Assembly (NCBI GenBank): GCA_002779075.1
Contig: PEXK01000037.1
Location: 1 to 24,964 of the forward strand
Length of the DNA stretch: 24,964 nucleotides
From: Candidatus Diapherotrites archaeon CG08_land_8_20_14_0_20_30_16
Lineage (GTDB): Archaea > Iainarchaeota > Iainarchaeia > Iainarchaeales > 0-14-0-20-30-16
Direction of reading: 5' to 3'
Positions 15,586-24,514 of the stretch are shown here, piece after piece; position 1 is the first letter of the stretch, and each line of letters begins with the position of its first letter. Position numbers and translations under genes: made by a program. A model generated the notes under the pieces. The model saw only the letters and a program-made list of their open reading frames with translations. It was not told where the DNA came from and made no database searches.

Positions 15586-16497
15586 TTATTCTTCTTCGAC
15601 TTCTAAGTTTAATTTTTCCTTTAATTCTCTGTATCTGTTTCTTATTGTAACTTCTGTTACACCAGCAACATTTGCAACTTGCTTTTGTGTTCTCTTTTCG
15701 TTTTTTAACAAAGCAGCAATGTAAACTGCAGCAGCTGCAACACCTGTTGGACCTCTACCAGAAATCAAACCCTTTACAATAGCATCATTTAGAATTTTAC
15801 GTGCTTCTTCTTGGACTTCGCCAGATAAATTAAGCTCAGATGCAAATCTTGAAATGTAGTATATTGGATTTGTTAAAGGAACTGACATTTGCAATTCTCT
15901 TACTAAATATCTGTAATTTCTTCCAATATCCTTTTTTGTCAAACCAGATGCCTCTGCCATTTCATTCAATGTTCTTGGAATGTTTGCATTTCTACAAATA
16001 GCATATAACACAGCAGCAACAACAGCTTCAATTAATCGTCCTCTAATCAATTCTTTCTCAACTGTTTTCCTGTAAAGCACAGCAGCCTGCTCAACTAAAG
16101 ACTCAGGAATATTTAAATATTGCGCCATTCTTCTAAGCTCTGTAAGAGCTATAGACAAATTCCTTTGAACTGAGTTCGAAACTGCAGTTCTTTTGTGCCA
16201 TCTAATTAGTCTATACATTTGTTCTCTTGTTTCAGCACTTAATTTGTTGCCACGGGCATCTCTTCCCCCTCTTTCAATCATTGTGCTTACTCCTTTGTTA
16301 AGTTTAGAATGTTGCATTGGCCCGCCAGTTCTTGCTTTGTCATTAAATTCATCAGAATCAAATGTTCTCCATTCTTTTGACAAATCTACAGCATCACCCG
16401 CCAAAACACAGCCACAAGTCTTACAAACTTGTTCACCATTTTCCCTATCACGAATAAAAACCTTACCTTTACATTCAGGACAAATACTTTCAACCAT
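15586..16497 (-). CDS. tfb: transcription initiation factor IIB (TFB)
   Basis: N-terminal Zn ribbon CPECKGK...CKTCGCV and two cyclin-like repeats with a C-terminal HTH (VAGVTEVTIRNRYRE). GAGGTG lies 5 nt upstream of the ATG. Confidence 0.95.
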   Translation of the reverse strand: MVESICPECKGKVFIRDRENGEQVCKTCGCVLAGDAVDLSKEWRTFDSDEFNDKARTGGPMQHSKLNKGVSTMIERGGRDARGNKLSAETREQMYRLIRWHKRTAVSNSVQRNLSIALTELRRMAQYLNIPESLVEQAAVLYRKTVEKELIRGRLIEAVVAAVLYAICRNANIPRTLNEMAEASGLTKKDIGRNYRYLVRELQMSVPLTNPIYYISRFASELNLSGEVQEEARKILNDAIVKGLISGRGPTGVAAAAVYIAALLKNEKRTQKQVANVAGVTEVTIRNRYRELKEKLNLEVEEE

Positions 16498-16502
16498 GTT
16501 TA

Positions 16503-16555
16503 CACCTCAAATATAAAAATCAGTTTTAAAAAGAGATAAATTTATAAACTTTTTT
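16503..16555 (-). promoter_or_regulatory. tfb SD (GAGGTG, complement of 16503-16508) and candidate BRE/TATA (AAAAAG-TTTATAAA, complement of 16541-16555)
   Basis: TTTATAAA sits about 45-50 nt upstream of the ATG, which allows a roughly 20-nt leader carrying the SD. The TSS has not been mapped. Confidence 0.35.
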
Positions 16556-16670
16556 ATATTCTCTTATATTTTTGGAGAATAAGTTATATATAAACCTTTG
16601 CATAGATTTTCTCATATATAAAGGTCAATTTCTTATAAATTGGTTCAAATCTGTTTTTTGTATCATATTC

Positions 16671-17834
16671 TCAAAACCAATGTTTTTTTCTTGCAAAATA
16701 AAAAACAACAAAACCAGCAAAACAAACTATTGCTCCAAATACAAAAGTGTAACTAGGATTTAAATCCCACAAAAAACCAGCAACAAATCCAGCAGGCAAA
16801 GCAACTAAACCAGTTACTGTATTCCACGCACCAATAGCAATTCCATTTAATTCAGCAGGAGATAAATCAGCAACTTCTGCTTTTTGTTGACTTTGCAAAA
16901 TTGCATAAACTAACCCAAACAAAATAAATGCGATTATTAACATTGTTAAATTATTAAATATGGCCAATATAACAGACATTAAAATAAATAAAAAATATCC
17001 CCCCATCATTAATCTTCTTCTACCAACTTTGTCCGCCCAAATACCAAAAGGAATAGAAAATCCTGCGTAAATTAAATTAAATAATACATACAATAATAGC
17101 GGCCCACCAACTGCCCACACACCAGAAAAATTTTGTTGCGCTCTTAAAATCAAAAACATATAACCAAAATTTGCAAAAGCAAAAAAAGTAGAAACAATAA
17201 TAAATAACCAAACACTCTTTGGTAATTTTCGCATCTGTTGAATCATATTTTGTTTTTCGGGTTTGGTTTTCAAATCTTTAACAAATACTACTGGAACTAA
17301 ACTAAAAAACGCAAAACATGAGGCAATTAATATAATAGAAACATAACTTAATTTTGCAACATCATATAAAACAAAAACTAAGATAGACCCAAAAATTCCG
17401 CCAGCAGTATCCAAGGATTTTTGTATTGCAAATGCTTTTCCATGTGCCATTCCGCTTTCAACAATAATCGCATCTCTTGGTGCCTCTCGAACGCCTTTCC
17501 CAATTCTTTCAGTACATGAAAAAATAATGGCTATTGGCCAAATTGTACTTAACGCAAGACATATTTTTGAAAAACCAGAAAAAAAGTATCCAAAAATAAC
17601 AAATGGTTTTCTTTTTCCTATTCTATCAGACCAAAAACCAGCAAATATTTGTAATGATTTTCCTATTGCTTCTCTTAAACCTGCAATAATACCTATAACT
17701 ATTCCTGGCGCACCCAAATATACCAAAAATAGAGGCAATATTGGCATCAACATTTCGCCACCAATATCGTTGAAAAAACTTGTTATGCCTAACAACCAAA
17801 CATTTCTTGGCTTTTTTTTAGAATCAACAACCAT
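16671..17834 (-). CDS. MFS transporter
   Basis: MFS motif A occurs twice (GFWSDRIGKRKP and GIWADKVGRRR) in a 12-TM layout. I prefer the ATG at 17834 (MVVDSKKK) over the track GTG at 17846. Confidence 0.8.
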   Translation of the reverse strand: MVVDSKKKPRNVWLLGITSFFNDIGGEMLMPILPLFLVYLGAPGIVIGIIAGLREAIGKSLQIFAGFWSDRIGKRKPFVIFGYFFSGFSKICLALSTIWPIAIIFSCTERIGKGVREAPRDAIIVESGMAHGKAFAIQKSLDTAGGIFGSILVFVLYDVAKLSYVSIILIASCFAFFSLVPVVFVKDLKTKPEKQNMIQQMRKLPKSVWLFIIVSTFFAFANFGYMFLILRAQQNFSGVWAVGGPLLLYVLFNLIYAGFSIPFGIWADKVGRRRLMMGGYFLFILMSVILAIFNNLTMLIIAFILFGLVYAILQSQQKAEVADLSPAELNGIAIGAWNTVTGLVALPAGFVAGFLWDLNPSYTFVFGAIVCFAGFVVFYFARKKHWF

Positions 17835-17914
17835 ATTAACGACCACAAATAAAAAATGAGGATAACTTTATATATCCTGTTATAATATATAATATATCCT
17901 AAAAGGTGATCCTA

Positions 17915-19393
17915 TTGGTTGGCGAAAAAAAAGTTATTGAAAAAGTTCAAAAAACAGTAAATAAAACACTAAATAAAAAATTAAAAGCGAGTAATAAGAA
18001 AATTGATGAAATATTGGATGAAAAAACAGGAACTCTTGAAAAAAAGGATAAAAGAATAGTTAAAAAGATTAAAGAAAATGAAAAGGAAATTGAGGGAGAA
18101 AAAAAAGCTAAAAAGAAAATTAAAAAAGATCTAACAAAAACAAAAGAAAGAGTAGAAGTATTGGAAAAAATCGTAAAGAAAAAGTTAAAAAAGAGAGTTA
18201 AACAAAAAGGAAAGAAAAAGTCTAAAAAGGTCAAGCCAATAATTCTAAAGACTGTTGTTGCGAAGAACAAATTACAAAAGAAAAGAAAAATAAAGAAATT
18301 AAAAAAAATCGAAAAAAAGAAAGCTAAGAAAACCAGACCAATAGTTGTAAAAAATGTAGTGATTGTAAAAAACAAACCTTCAAAGAAAAGAAAAGGCTAC
18401 AAAAAATTGAAAAGAGCCAGAAAGAAAAAGATAAAGAAAGTTGAAAAAATTCAGAAAAAAAGAAAACTAAGAAAACCAGACAAAACAAAGATACTTAATA
18501 AAAAAATTAAACTACTCACAAAAAAATTACATAAAAAGAACAAACTAATTTTAAAATTACAACACAAACAAAAGGAAATTTATGAAAACAGGGACAAAAA
18601 AAAATCAGCATTAGAAAAAGAACTTGAAAAAGCAAAGAAAGAATCAAAAGTTTTGCCAAAAGAGGAAAAGAAAGCAAAAGAATCTGTTGAAAAGTTGGAA
18701 AAAGTAGAAAGAGAGAAAAGAAAACTTGAAAAGGAATTAATGAAGATCAAAGCAAGATTTAGAAAGAAAAATGCTGATTTTATGACTGTTGTTGCAAGTA
18801 CTAGAAAAATGATTAATGAACCTTTGTCAGAGTTAGAACCAAAATTAGGATATAAAGATAAAACATTCATTGTGAGAGAAACACAAAAAGAAATTGACCT
18901 GTTAAGATGTGAAAATGAAACCTTGAAAGTAAATCTAAAGGGTATAGAACTTGATATTGAAAAAGAAAAACAAAAAGTAGATGAAATTAAAAAGGAATTG
19001 GCACAAAAAGATACAATAATTCAAATAATGGAAAGGGGAGAAATAGAAATTAAAGGAATAGTTCAAACAAAAATAGATGGTGCCAAAGTAAGGTGGCTTG
19101 GCTGGCCAGAAGGCGGAGTTTTAGAAGAAATTGATTTGAGTATAATAAATAACAGTTTAGATACTTTGAGAAACATTCACATAGACTTAAGCGTAAGAAA
19201 TTCTGAAAGTTTGATCACAAGATTAGATAAACTGCCTGCAAAAAGAACTTTAGGCCCAAAAGAAAAGATAACTTATAAGGTTAATCTCTTCAAATACTTA
19301 AAGAAGAGAGGAACCTATAATATAACTGTTAGACTTTACTCAACAAGTCCGCCAAGAGAACTAGATTTGAAAGAAAAAACAATAATATTATAA
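17915..19393 (+). CDS. extremely lysine-rich coiled-coil protein with a C-terminal beta-sandwich-like domain
   Basis: 495-codon open frame in an AT-rich genome. AGGTGAT at 17904-17910 then 4 nt then TTG at 17915; the track GTG at 17906 lies inside the SD. 51 K + 8 R in residues 91-200 by hand count. Heptad-like EK-rich segment at aa 225-375. The last ~110 aa alternate in a CARDB-like pattern (IDLSIINNSLDTLRNIHIDLSV...GTYNITVRLYS). Confidence 0.6.
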   Translation: MVGEKKVIEKVQKTVNKTLNKKLKASNKKIDEILDEKTGTLEKKDKRIVKKIKENEKEIEGEKKAKKKIKKDLTKTKERVEVLEKIVKKKLKKRVKQKGKKKSKKVKPIILKTVVAKNKLQKKRKIKKLKKIEKKKAKKTRPIVVKNVVIVKNKPSKKRKGYKKLKRARKKKIKKVEKIQKKRKLRKPDKTKILNKKIKLLTKKLHKKNKLILKLQHKQKEIYENRDKKKSALEKELEKAKKESKVLPKEEKKAKESVEKLEKVEREKRKLEKELMKIKARFRKKNADFMTVVASTRKMINEPLSELEPKLGYKDKTFIVRETQKEIDLLRCENETLKVNLKGIELDIEKEKQKVDEIKKELAQKDTIIQIMERGEIEIKGIVQTKIDGAKVRWLGWPEGGVLEEIDLSIINNSLDTLRNIHIDLSVRNSESLITRLDKLPAKRTLGPKEKITYKVNLFKYLKKRGTYNITVRLYSTSPPRELDLKEKTIIL

Positions 19394-19447
19394 ATAGGTT
19401 TTGTATATTATAGTGTATTATATTTTAAGAATATACGGAGGGATACT

Positions 19448-19801
19448 ATGTCTTTCATAGGAAAAATACTGTCAAAATCGCAAAAAGATTCTGTAGATGT
19501 CGAGGACTTTTTAAATACATTAGACACCGAAACTCAAGAAGTAGAAGATGCTGATGCTTATATAAAACCTATGTTTTTAAAAGCAGATACAGATTTGAAA
19601 ACTATAGCAAAAGAGTTAAAAGATGGAAACACAGTCCTATTAAATGTGAGTGAAATAATAAAAAGAAATCCTCTAAGATTAAAGGAACAAATCAACAAAT
19701 TGAAGAGATTTATTGACGAAATTGATGGAGATGTGGCAAGAATCTCAGAAGAAAAATTGATTTTGACACCAGCAAGAATCAAGATAATAAAAAAGAAGTA
19801 G
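19448..19801 (+). CDS. sepF: cell division protein SepF (DUF552 family)
   Basis: 117 aa with GGAGGG 5 nt upstream of the ATG. N-terminal amphipathic segment SFIGKILSK, acidic linker, then a core YIKPMFLKADTDLKTIAKELKDGNTVLLNVSEI...IDGDVARISEEKLILTPARIKI that matches the archaeal SepF pattern. Confidence 0.7.
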   Translation: MSFIGKILSKSQKDSVDVEDFLNTLDTETQEVEDADAYIKPMFLKADTDLKTIAKELKDGNTVLLNVSEIIKRNPLRLKEQINKLKRFIDEIDGDVARISEEKLILTPARIKIIKKK

Positions 19802-19918
19802 ATTTGGTGGTAAAATATACCTACTATTAAAGGGGTAAAGTTCACAGTCTCTGGAGATGAAATTTCAGAGACTATTCAATCTTTTTTTAATTATAAAATA
19901 GAAACCCCAGAATACAAA

Positions 19919-20509
19919 TTGTGGTATCATCCTTATTGGTTTGTTGAAATTCACATCGGTTTAGAAAAACACTTTGCAATTCTAGACGCTACTAATTCAG
20001 AAATTAAAATAGATGTTAATGAACTTCTGAGCGCCAGAAAACAAACTCCAATTCCATTTGACGATTTAAATATTGATGCAACAGAAGGTTTCAAAAAAGA
20101 TAATTTAATATATGCAAAAATAAATGAAGCGCCAGAAGTTGAAAGAATGGTGGCATATAAGTTAAAATACTTATATCCAGAAAAGGAAATTCTTGTGGCC
20201 ACACCTCATTTAGTCAATGTTCCTGTTTGGGAATTTAAAATACAGGGTAAAAAAGTCTGTGTCTTTGGAAATGACGAAAACTACAAAAAAACAATTTCAA
20301 ATATTTTAGAAACTAATTTCCCTAAAAAGAAAAAATCACAAAGCGAATTATTTGCACAAACAGTAGGACAAATAAAAAAACCCGCTAGCTTTTTTAAAGA
20401 TTTTGTCCAGGTAGTTAAAACAAGTAATAAGTGGCTTTTACTTCTTGTACTTATTATTGTTGTAATTATTCTTATATTTATTATAAAGAAAATAATTGGG
20501 AAAATATAA
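19919..20509 (+). CDS. tail-anchored membrane protein with two PepSY-like beta-hairpin motifs; 5' end uncertain
   Basis: C-terminal TM WLLLLVLIIVVIILIFII followed by KKIIGKI. Motifs LWYHPYWFVEI...AILDATNSEI and LVNVPVWEFKIQGKKVCV. The track start is a TTG without SD. The frame is open upstream to 19814 behind GGTGGT (19805-19810) but has no ATG, GTG or TTG there. Confidence 0.55.
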   Translation: MWYHPYWFVEIHIGLEKHFAILDATNSEIKIDVNELLSARKQTPIPFDDLNIDATEGFKKDNLIYAKINEAPEVERMVAYKLKYLYPEKEILVATPHLVNVPVWEFKIQGKKVCVFGNDENYKKTISNILETNFPKKKKSQSELFAQTVGQIKKPASFFKDFVQVVKTSNKWLLLLVLIIVVIILIFIIKKIIGKI

Positions 20510-20579
20510 ATCAATATGTATAACGAACACATTTATTAATTAATTGTATTATATATATAAGAGTGATTAGGTGATAACT

Positions 20580-21764
20580 ATGAGCATATATGAAGAACTG
20601 ATTGGGAAAACAGACATTTCACAAGAAGAAATAGATAAAAAAATACAAAACCTAATGAAAAGAAACCCAGATTTAAATAAAGATATTGCTGCGTTCTTTC
20701 TTGCAAAAGATTTGGGAATAGAAATTGATGATTCTAAACTTGTAATAACGCCTTTGAATCTTTTAGAAGAAAATACTAAAAATGCAAATATTTTGGTTTC
20801 TATTGACCGAATTTTCGCAAAAAAAGATTTCGCTAAAGAAGATAGGAAAGGAACAGTTCAAAATTTGATAGTAACTGATAATACAGCACATTTGCAACTC
20901 TCTTTATGGAATTATCCTGGAACACTAAATCAGGAGGAGGTAATTCTCGTCACAAATATTTATGTAAACACATTTAAAGGCGAAAAAAAATTGAATACAA
21001 GCAAGTTTTCAACAATAAAAGTTAAAACAGAAGTGGAGAGAAAATATGTTGAAAAAAAATTGTATGAATTACAAGATAGAGAATATAATTTGTCTGTTAC
21101 AGGCATTTTAAAAAGCAAAAGCGAGATAAAAGAATTTGAACGTGATGGCCAAAACAAATTTGTTTTGCGATTTGTATTAACAGAGGATGGCTTTCAGAAT
21201 AATTGTGTTGCTTGGGGTAAAATAGGGCAAGAAGTCGATAAAATAGAGGATAACACAAAAATAAAAATTAAGAATTGCTATTCTAAATTGAATAGGGGAC
21301 AATTAGAATTACATTTAAATGATTTTACCAAAATAGAAATATTAGAAAAAAATGCACAAGAATATGTTGCGCCAAAAAAGAAAATATCTGAAATGGGATA
21401 TAATGAAGTATATGAAATTAACGCAAAAATAAAAGAGGTCTTACTAACAAGATATAATAAAATTTGCAAAGTGTGCAACAGCCCTATGATTAAAGTTGAG
21501 GATAAATATTTTTGTTCTATTTGCAATAGTGAACAACAATCATTTGCAAAAGCAAATGTTGTTTTAATAATCGAAGATGATTCGGGAGTTACTAATGCTT
21601 TTTTAACAAAAAAGATTTTAATACAACTATTAAATTGTAATGAAGATGATTTAGAATCCAAACTAAATACTGAAAATTTACAAAATTTGGATATCCATGT
21701 AATAGGTTATTTGCGAAAAAATAGAAATGATGAATCTGAATTCTTTGTGAATAGCTTAATATGA
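20580..21764 (+). CDS. rpa: replication protein A-like ssDNA-binding protein (RPA41-like: N-terminal helical domain, OB folds, zinc finger)
   Basis: AGGTGA lies 5 nt upstream of the ATG at 20580. The N-terminus ISQEEIDKKIQNLMKRNPDLNKDIAAFFLAKDLGIEI is typical of euryarchaeal RPA41. OB-fold signature TVQNLIVTDNTAHLQLSLWN. CKVCNSP...CSICNSE four-Cys zinc finger. Confidence 0.75.
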   Translation: MSIYEELIGKTDISQEEIDKKIQNLMKRNPDLNKDIAAFFLAKDLGIEIDDSKLVITPLNLLEENTKNANILVSIDRIFAKKDFAKEDRKGTVQNLIVTDNTAHLQLSLWNYPGTLNQEEVILVTNIYVNTFKGEKKLNTSKFSTIKVKTEVERKYVEKKLYELQDREYNLSVTGILKSKSEIKEFERDGQNKFVLRFVLTEDGFQNNCVAWGKIGQEVDKIEDNTKIKIKNCYSKLNRGQLELHLNDFTKIEILEKNAQEYVAPKKKISEMGYNEVYEINAKIKEVLLTRYNKICKVCNSPMIKVEDKYFCSICNSEQQSFAKANVVLIIEDDSGVTNAFLTKKILIQLLNCNEDDLESKLNTENLQNLDIHVIGYLRKNRNDESEFFVNSLI

Positions 21765-21792
21765 TACTTATGGCATATTGTGAGGTGGAAAT

Positions 21793-22743
21793 ATGACTAC
21801 AAAAATAGAGAAAATCTGTGATCTTCCTGGCGTTGGGCCAGCAGCAGAAGAAAAACTAATAGCAGGAGGCTTTGCAAGTTTAGAGGCAATAGCTGTTGCT
21901 TCACCTGGTGAACTATCAACAACAGCAGGGTTTGGAGAATCAACAGCAAGAAAAATCATACAAGCAGCAAGAGAAGCAATGAATATTGGGTTTGAAAGTG
22001 CAAAAGAATCTCTTGCAAAAAGAGTAAAAATGATTAAAATTACAACAGGAAGCAAAGCTATTGATGATTTATTGGGTGGGGGTATAGAATCACAAAGTAT
22101 AACTGAGGTTTATGGCAGATTTGGTAGCGGAAAAACACAATGGTGCTTTCAATTATGTGTAACTGCACAATTACCTAAAGAGAAGGGTGGTTTAGGAGGA
22201 AAGGTAATATATATTGATTCTGAGAACTCATTTAGACCTGAGAGGGTAGTAAATATTGCAAAAAGGTATGGTATGGATCCTGACAAGGTATTGCAAAACA
22301 TAATGGTAGGCAGAGCATATAATGCAGATCACCAGATGTTATTAGCAGATAAAGCAAAAGAGAAAGTAGAAGAAGATCCTACAATAAAATTATTGATTGT
22401 TGATTCTTTGACTGCGCATTTTAGAGCAGAGTTTACAGGTAGAGGACAATTAGCTGATAGACAGCAAAAATTAAATAGACATATGTATATGTTAATAAAA
22501 TTAGCAGAGAGTAAAAACTTAGCAGTATTGGTAACAAATCAAGTAATGGATAGACCAGATGTTTTATTTGGAGATCCTACTGTGCCAATTGGAGGCAATA
22601 TCGTTGCCCACGCTAGCAAAACTCGCCTATACTTGCGAAAGGGCAAAGGCGAAACACATGTTGCTAAATTAGTGGATTCCCCTTACTTACCAGATGGCGA
22701 AGCAATTTACAAGGTAACAGCAGAAGGAATAATTGACGAGTAA
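21793..22743 (+). CDS. radA: DNA repair and recombination protein RadA
   Basis: N-terminal HhH DLPGVGPAAEEKLIAGGF, Walker A GRFGSGKTQ, Walker B LLIVDS, TNQV. 316 aa with GAGGTGG upstream of the ATG. Confidence 0.95.
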   Translation: MTTKIEKICDLPGVGPAAEEKLIAGGFASLEAIAVASPGELSTTAGFGESTARKIIQAAREAMNIGFESAKESLAKRVKMIKITTGSKAIDDLLGGGIESQSITEVYGRFGSGKTQWCFQLCVTAQLPKEKGGLGGKVIYIDSENSFRPERVVNIAKRYGMDPDKVLQNIMVGRAYNADHQMLLADKAKEKVEEDPTIKLLIVDSLTAHFRAEFTGRGQLADRQQKLNRHMYMLIKLAESKNLAVLVTNQVMDRPDVLFGDPTVPIGGNIVAHASKTRLYLRKGKGETHVAKLVDSPYLPDGEAIYKVTAEGIIDE

Positions 22744-22750
22744 ATGAGAT

Positions 22751-23299
22751 CTAATTCTCATTTTTATTTTTTAAATTAAGTAGATAAATTGCAAAGGTTA
22801 ATTTATCTTTAGATTTGTATTTTTCTAACAATTTAAATCCAGTCTTTTCCAAAGTGTGTTTTGATACTTTGTTTGTAATTGGTTTTGTAACTAAAATTGA
22901 CAATATTTTATCAAAACCCTTTTGTTTTGCCTTATTGATCATTTTGAAATATAGCTTGTATGATAGACCTTGTTTTCTATGATGTTGAGCTATCGCCAAT
23001 TGTTCAAAGAAAAGAATTTTTCCGGTTTTTTTAATGGTGTGTTTTAATACATCGTCAACAACATCAAACTTTGAAATTTTATTTTTTGTATAGCTAGCAT
23101 TAAATCCAATGACTTTATCTTTTTCTTTTAATACAAAAAAATAAGGGTTGTTTTTTATTCTTCGTTTATATTCATTTAAACTAGGAATGGGATAATCAAT
23201 AAACCCAATTTTATTTTTATCTGTTCTTTTAATATTATTTGAAACAGTTAACTCTCTAATTCTTTTAGCATCGATTTCTTTTGCCAACATTAGTTTCAT
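22751..23299 (-). CDS. GNAT-family N-acetyltransferase
   Basis: Acetyl-CoA motif A-like QLAIAQHHRKQGLSYKL. About 180 aa. I prefer the ATG at 23299, 4 nt after the thiI stop, over the track TTG at 23335, which would overlap thiI by 32 nt. Confidence 0.65.
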   Translation of the reverse strand: MKLMLAKEIDAKRIRELTVSNNIKRTDKNKIGFIDYPIPSLNEYKRRIKNNPYFFVLKEKDKVIGFNASYTKNKISKFDVVDDVLKHTIKKTGKILFFEQLAIAQHHRKQGLSYKLYFKMINKAKQKGFDKILSILVTKPITNKVSKHTLEKTGFKLLEKYKSKDKLTFAIYLLNLKNKNEN

Positions 23300-23303
23300 A
23301 ATT

Positions 23304-24446
23304 TCACTTAAACTCAATAATTTCCATTTTGCCAATTGCGTCTTTTATTAATGCATCAATGTCCAATTCTTTTTCTAATTCTTTGACTTTTTCTAAATTG
23401 GCTTTGGTTGTTGGGTGTTTTGGAGTAAACAAAGTGCAACAATCACCTTGAGGAATAATTGATGTTTCATAAGTGTCAATCTGTTTTGCGAGATCAACAA
23501 TTTCCTCTTTGTTATAACCAACCAATGGCCTCAATACAGGTATAGAAACTGCTTCTTGTATTGCACACATGTTATCAATTGTTTGTGAACTAACTTGTGC
23601 CAATGCCTCCCCTGTTACTAATGCTTTGTATTTCTCTTTCTGTGCTAGTTGTTCTGCAATTCTTAACATAAATCTTCTGTACAAAACAATTCTCTCTTCT
23701 AGGGGGGTTTTCATTTTGATTTCCATTTGTATTTTGTAAAATGGAACAATATATAATTTATTTTTTGGTTGATATTTTAACAAAATCTTACAGAGGTCTT
23801 TTGATTTTATTATGCTAACATCATTTGTTCCTGGCACACTGTGAAAATGGATATAATCTAAGTTACAACCACGCTTCAACATTAAATAACTCGAAACTGG
23901 AGAGTCAATACCCCCCGACATTAAAGACAATAGTTGTCCTGAACATCCAACAGGCAATCCACCAATGCCTTTAATAGTTTCAAAATAAATATAAGTGCCT
24001 CTGGATCTTATTTCGACAAATATTTCTTTATCTGGCTTTGATAAATTTGCTTTTCTGTCAATTACATCTCCAATACTTTTTGCAATTTCTTGACTGCCAA
24101 GTTTAATTGTGTTATCGTGGCGTGCTCTTATTGCAAAGGTTTCAGTTTGTTCAATCCATTCAGTATATTTTTTCTCAACAAATTCAATAACTTTATTCAA
24201 GGATTTGGTTTCTAAAAAATATGTTGGAGATATTGTTGATATTCCAGGAATATCTTTTATAATATTTAATGCGTTTTTATCTTGTGTTTTAATATACAAT
24301 CTATCATGAGAAATAGTTATAGTATGTTTTATTTTTTGCTTATTTAATGCGAAATCTATATTATTGTTCAATCTTCTTTTGAACAATTCTTGTACAGGTT
24401 TTGATTTAATAAATAATTCTCCAAATGAAATTAATATTCCGTCCAT
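23304..24446 (-). CDS. thiI: tRNA 4-thiouridine sulfurtransferase ThiI (THUMP + PP-loop, no rhodanese domain)
   Basis: N-terminal FGELFIKSK, PP-loop LMSGGIDSPV, C-terminal GDCCTLFTPKHPTTKA. 380 aa. Confidence 0.9.
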   Translation of the reverse strand: MDGILISFGELFIKSKPVQELFKRRLNNNIDFALNKQKIKHTITISHDRLYIKTQDKNALNIIKDIPGISTISPTYFLETKSLNKVIEFVEKKYTEWIEQTETFAIRARHDNTIKLGSQEIAKSIGDVIDRKANLSKPDKEIFVEIRSRGTYIYFETIKGIGGLPVGCSGQLLSLMSGGIDSPVSSYLMLKRGCNLDYIHFHSVPGTNDVSIIKSKDLCKILLKYQPKNKLYIVPFYKIQMEIKMKTPLEERIVLYRRFMLRIAEQLAQKEKYKALVTGEALAQVSSQTIDNMCAIQEAVSIPVLRPLVGYNKEEIVDLAKQIDTYETSIIPQGDCCTLFTPKHPTTKANLEKVKELEKELDIDALIKDAIGKMEIIEFK

Positions 24447-24514
24447 AGCATCACAAAAATCAATAAATATTTATCAACAGGAAAGATTTTAAACACGTGT
24501 TATAATATATATTT

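Noticed and set aside
17906-18600. The A-rich, K-coding region considered as non-coding A/T satellite or a slippage-prone pseudo-ORF.
   Set aside because: A single frame stays open for 495 codons in a genome where stop codons are very frequent. The repeat units are conserved at the protein level rather than as exact DNA copies. The frame runs on into non-repetitive coiled-coil and globular segments, and an AGGTGAT SD precedes the start.
19799-19921. Stop-codon readthrough fusing SepF to the downstream ORF; both are in the same reading frame.
   Set aside because: Two in-frame stops (TAG 19799-19801 and TAA 19811-19813) separate them, and an SD-like GGTGGT lies between. Sharing a frame is a 1-in-3 coincidence.
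279-24309. About 30 ORFs in the six-frame track lie antisense to, or inside, larger genes. Examples: 279-545, 1774-2061, 2970-3158, 4672-4872, 5910-6113, 7410-7631, 9082-9432, 10565-10825, 11348-11653, 13564-13809, 16193-16516, 17527-17859, 17947-18375, 18580-18870, 19558-19845, 21278-21661, 21768-22055, 24109-24309.
   Set aside because: Each is fully overlapped by a longer ORF that has recognisable family motifs and an SD. Their products are low-complexity F/L/S/I-rich strings typical of shadow frames opposite K/E/N-rich genes. None has a recognisable motif.
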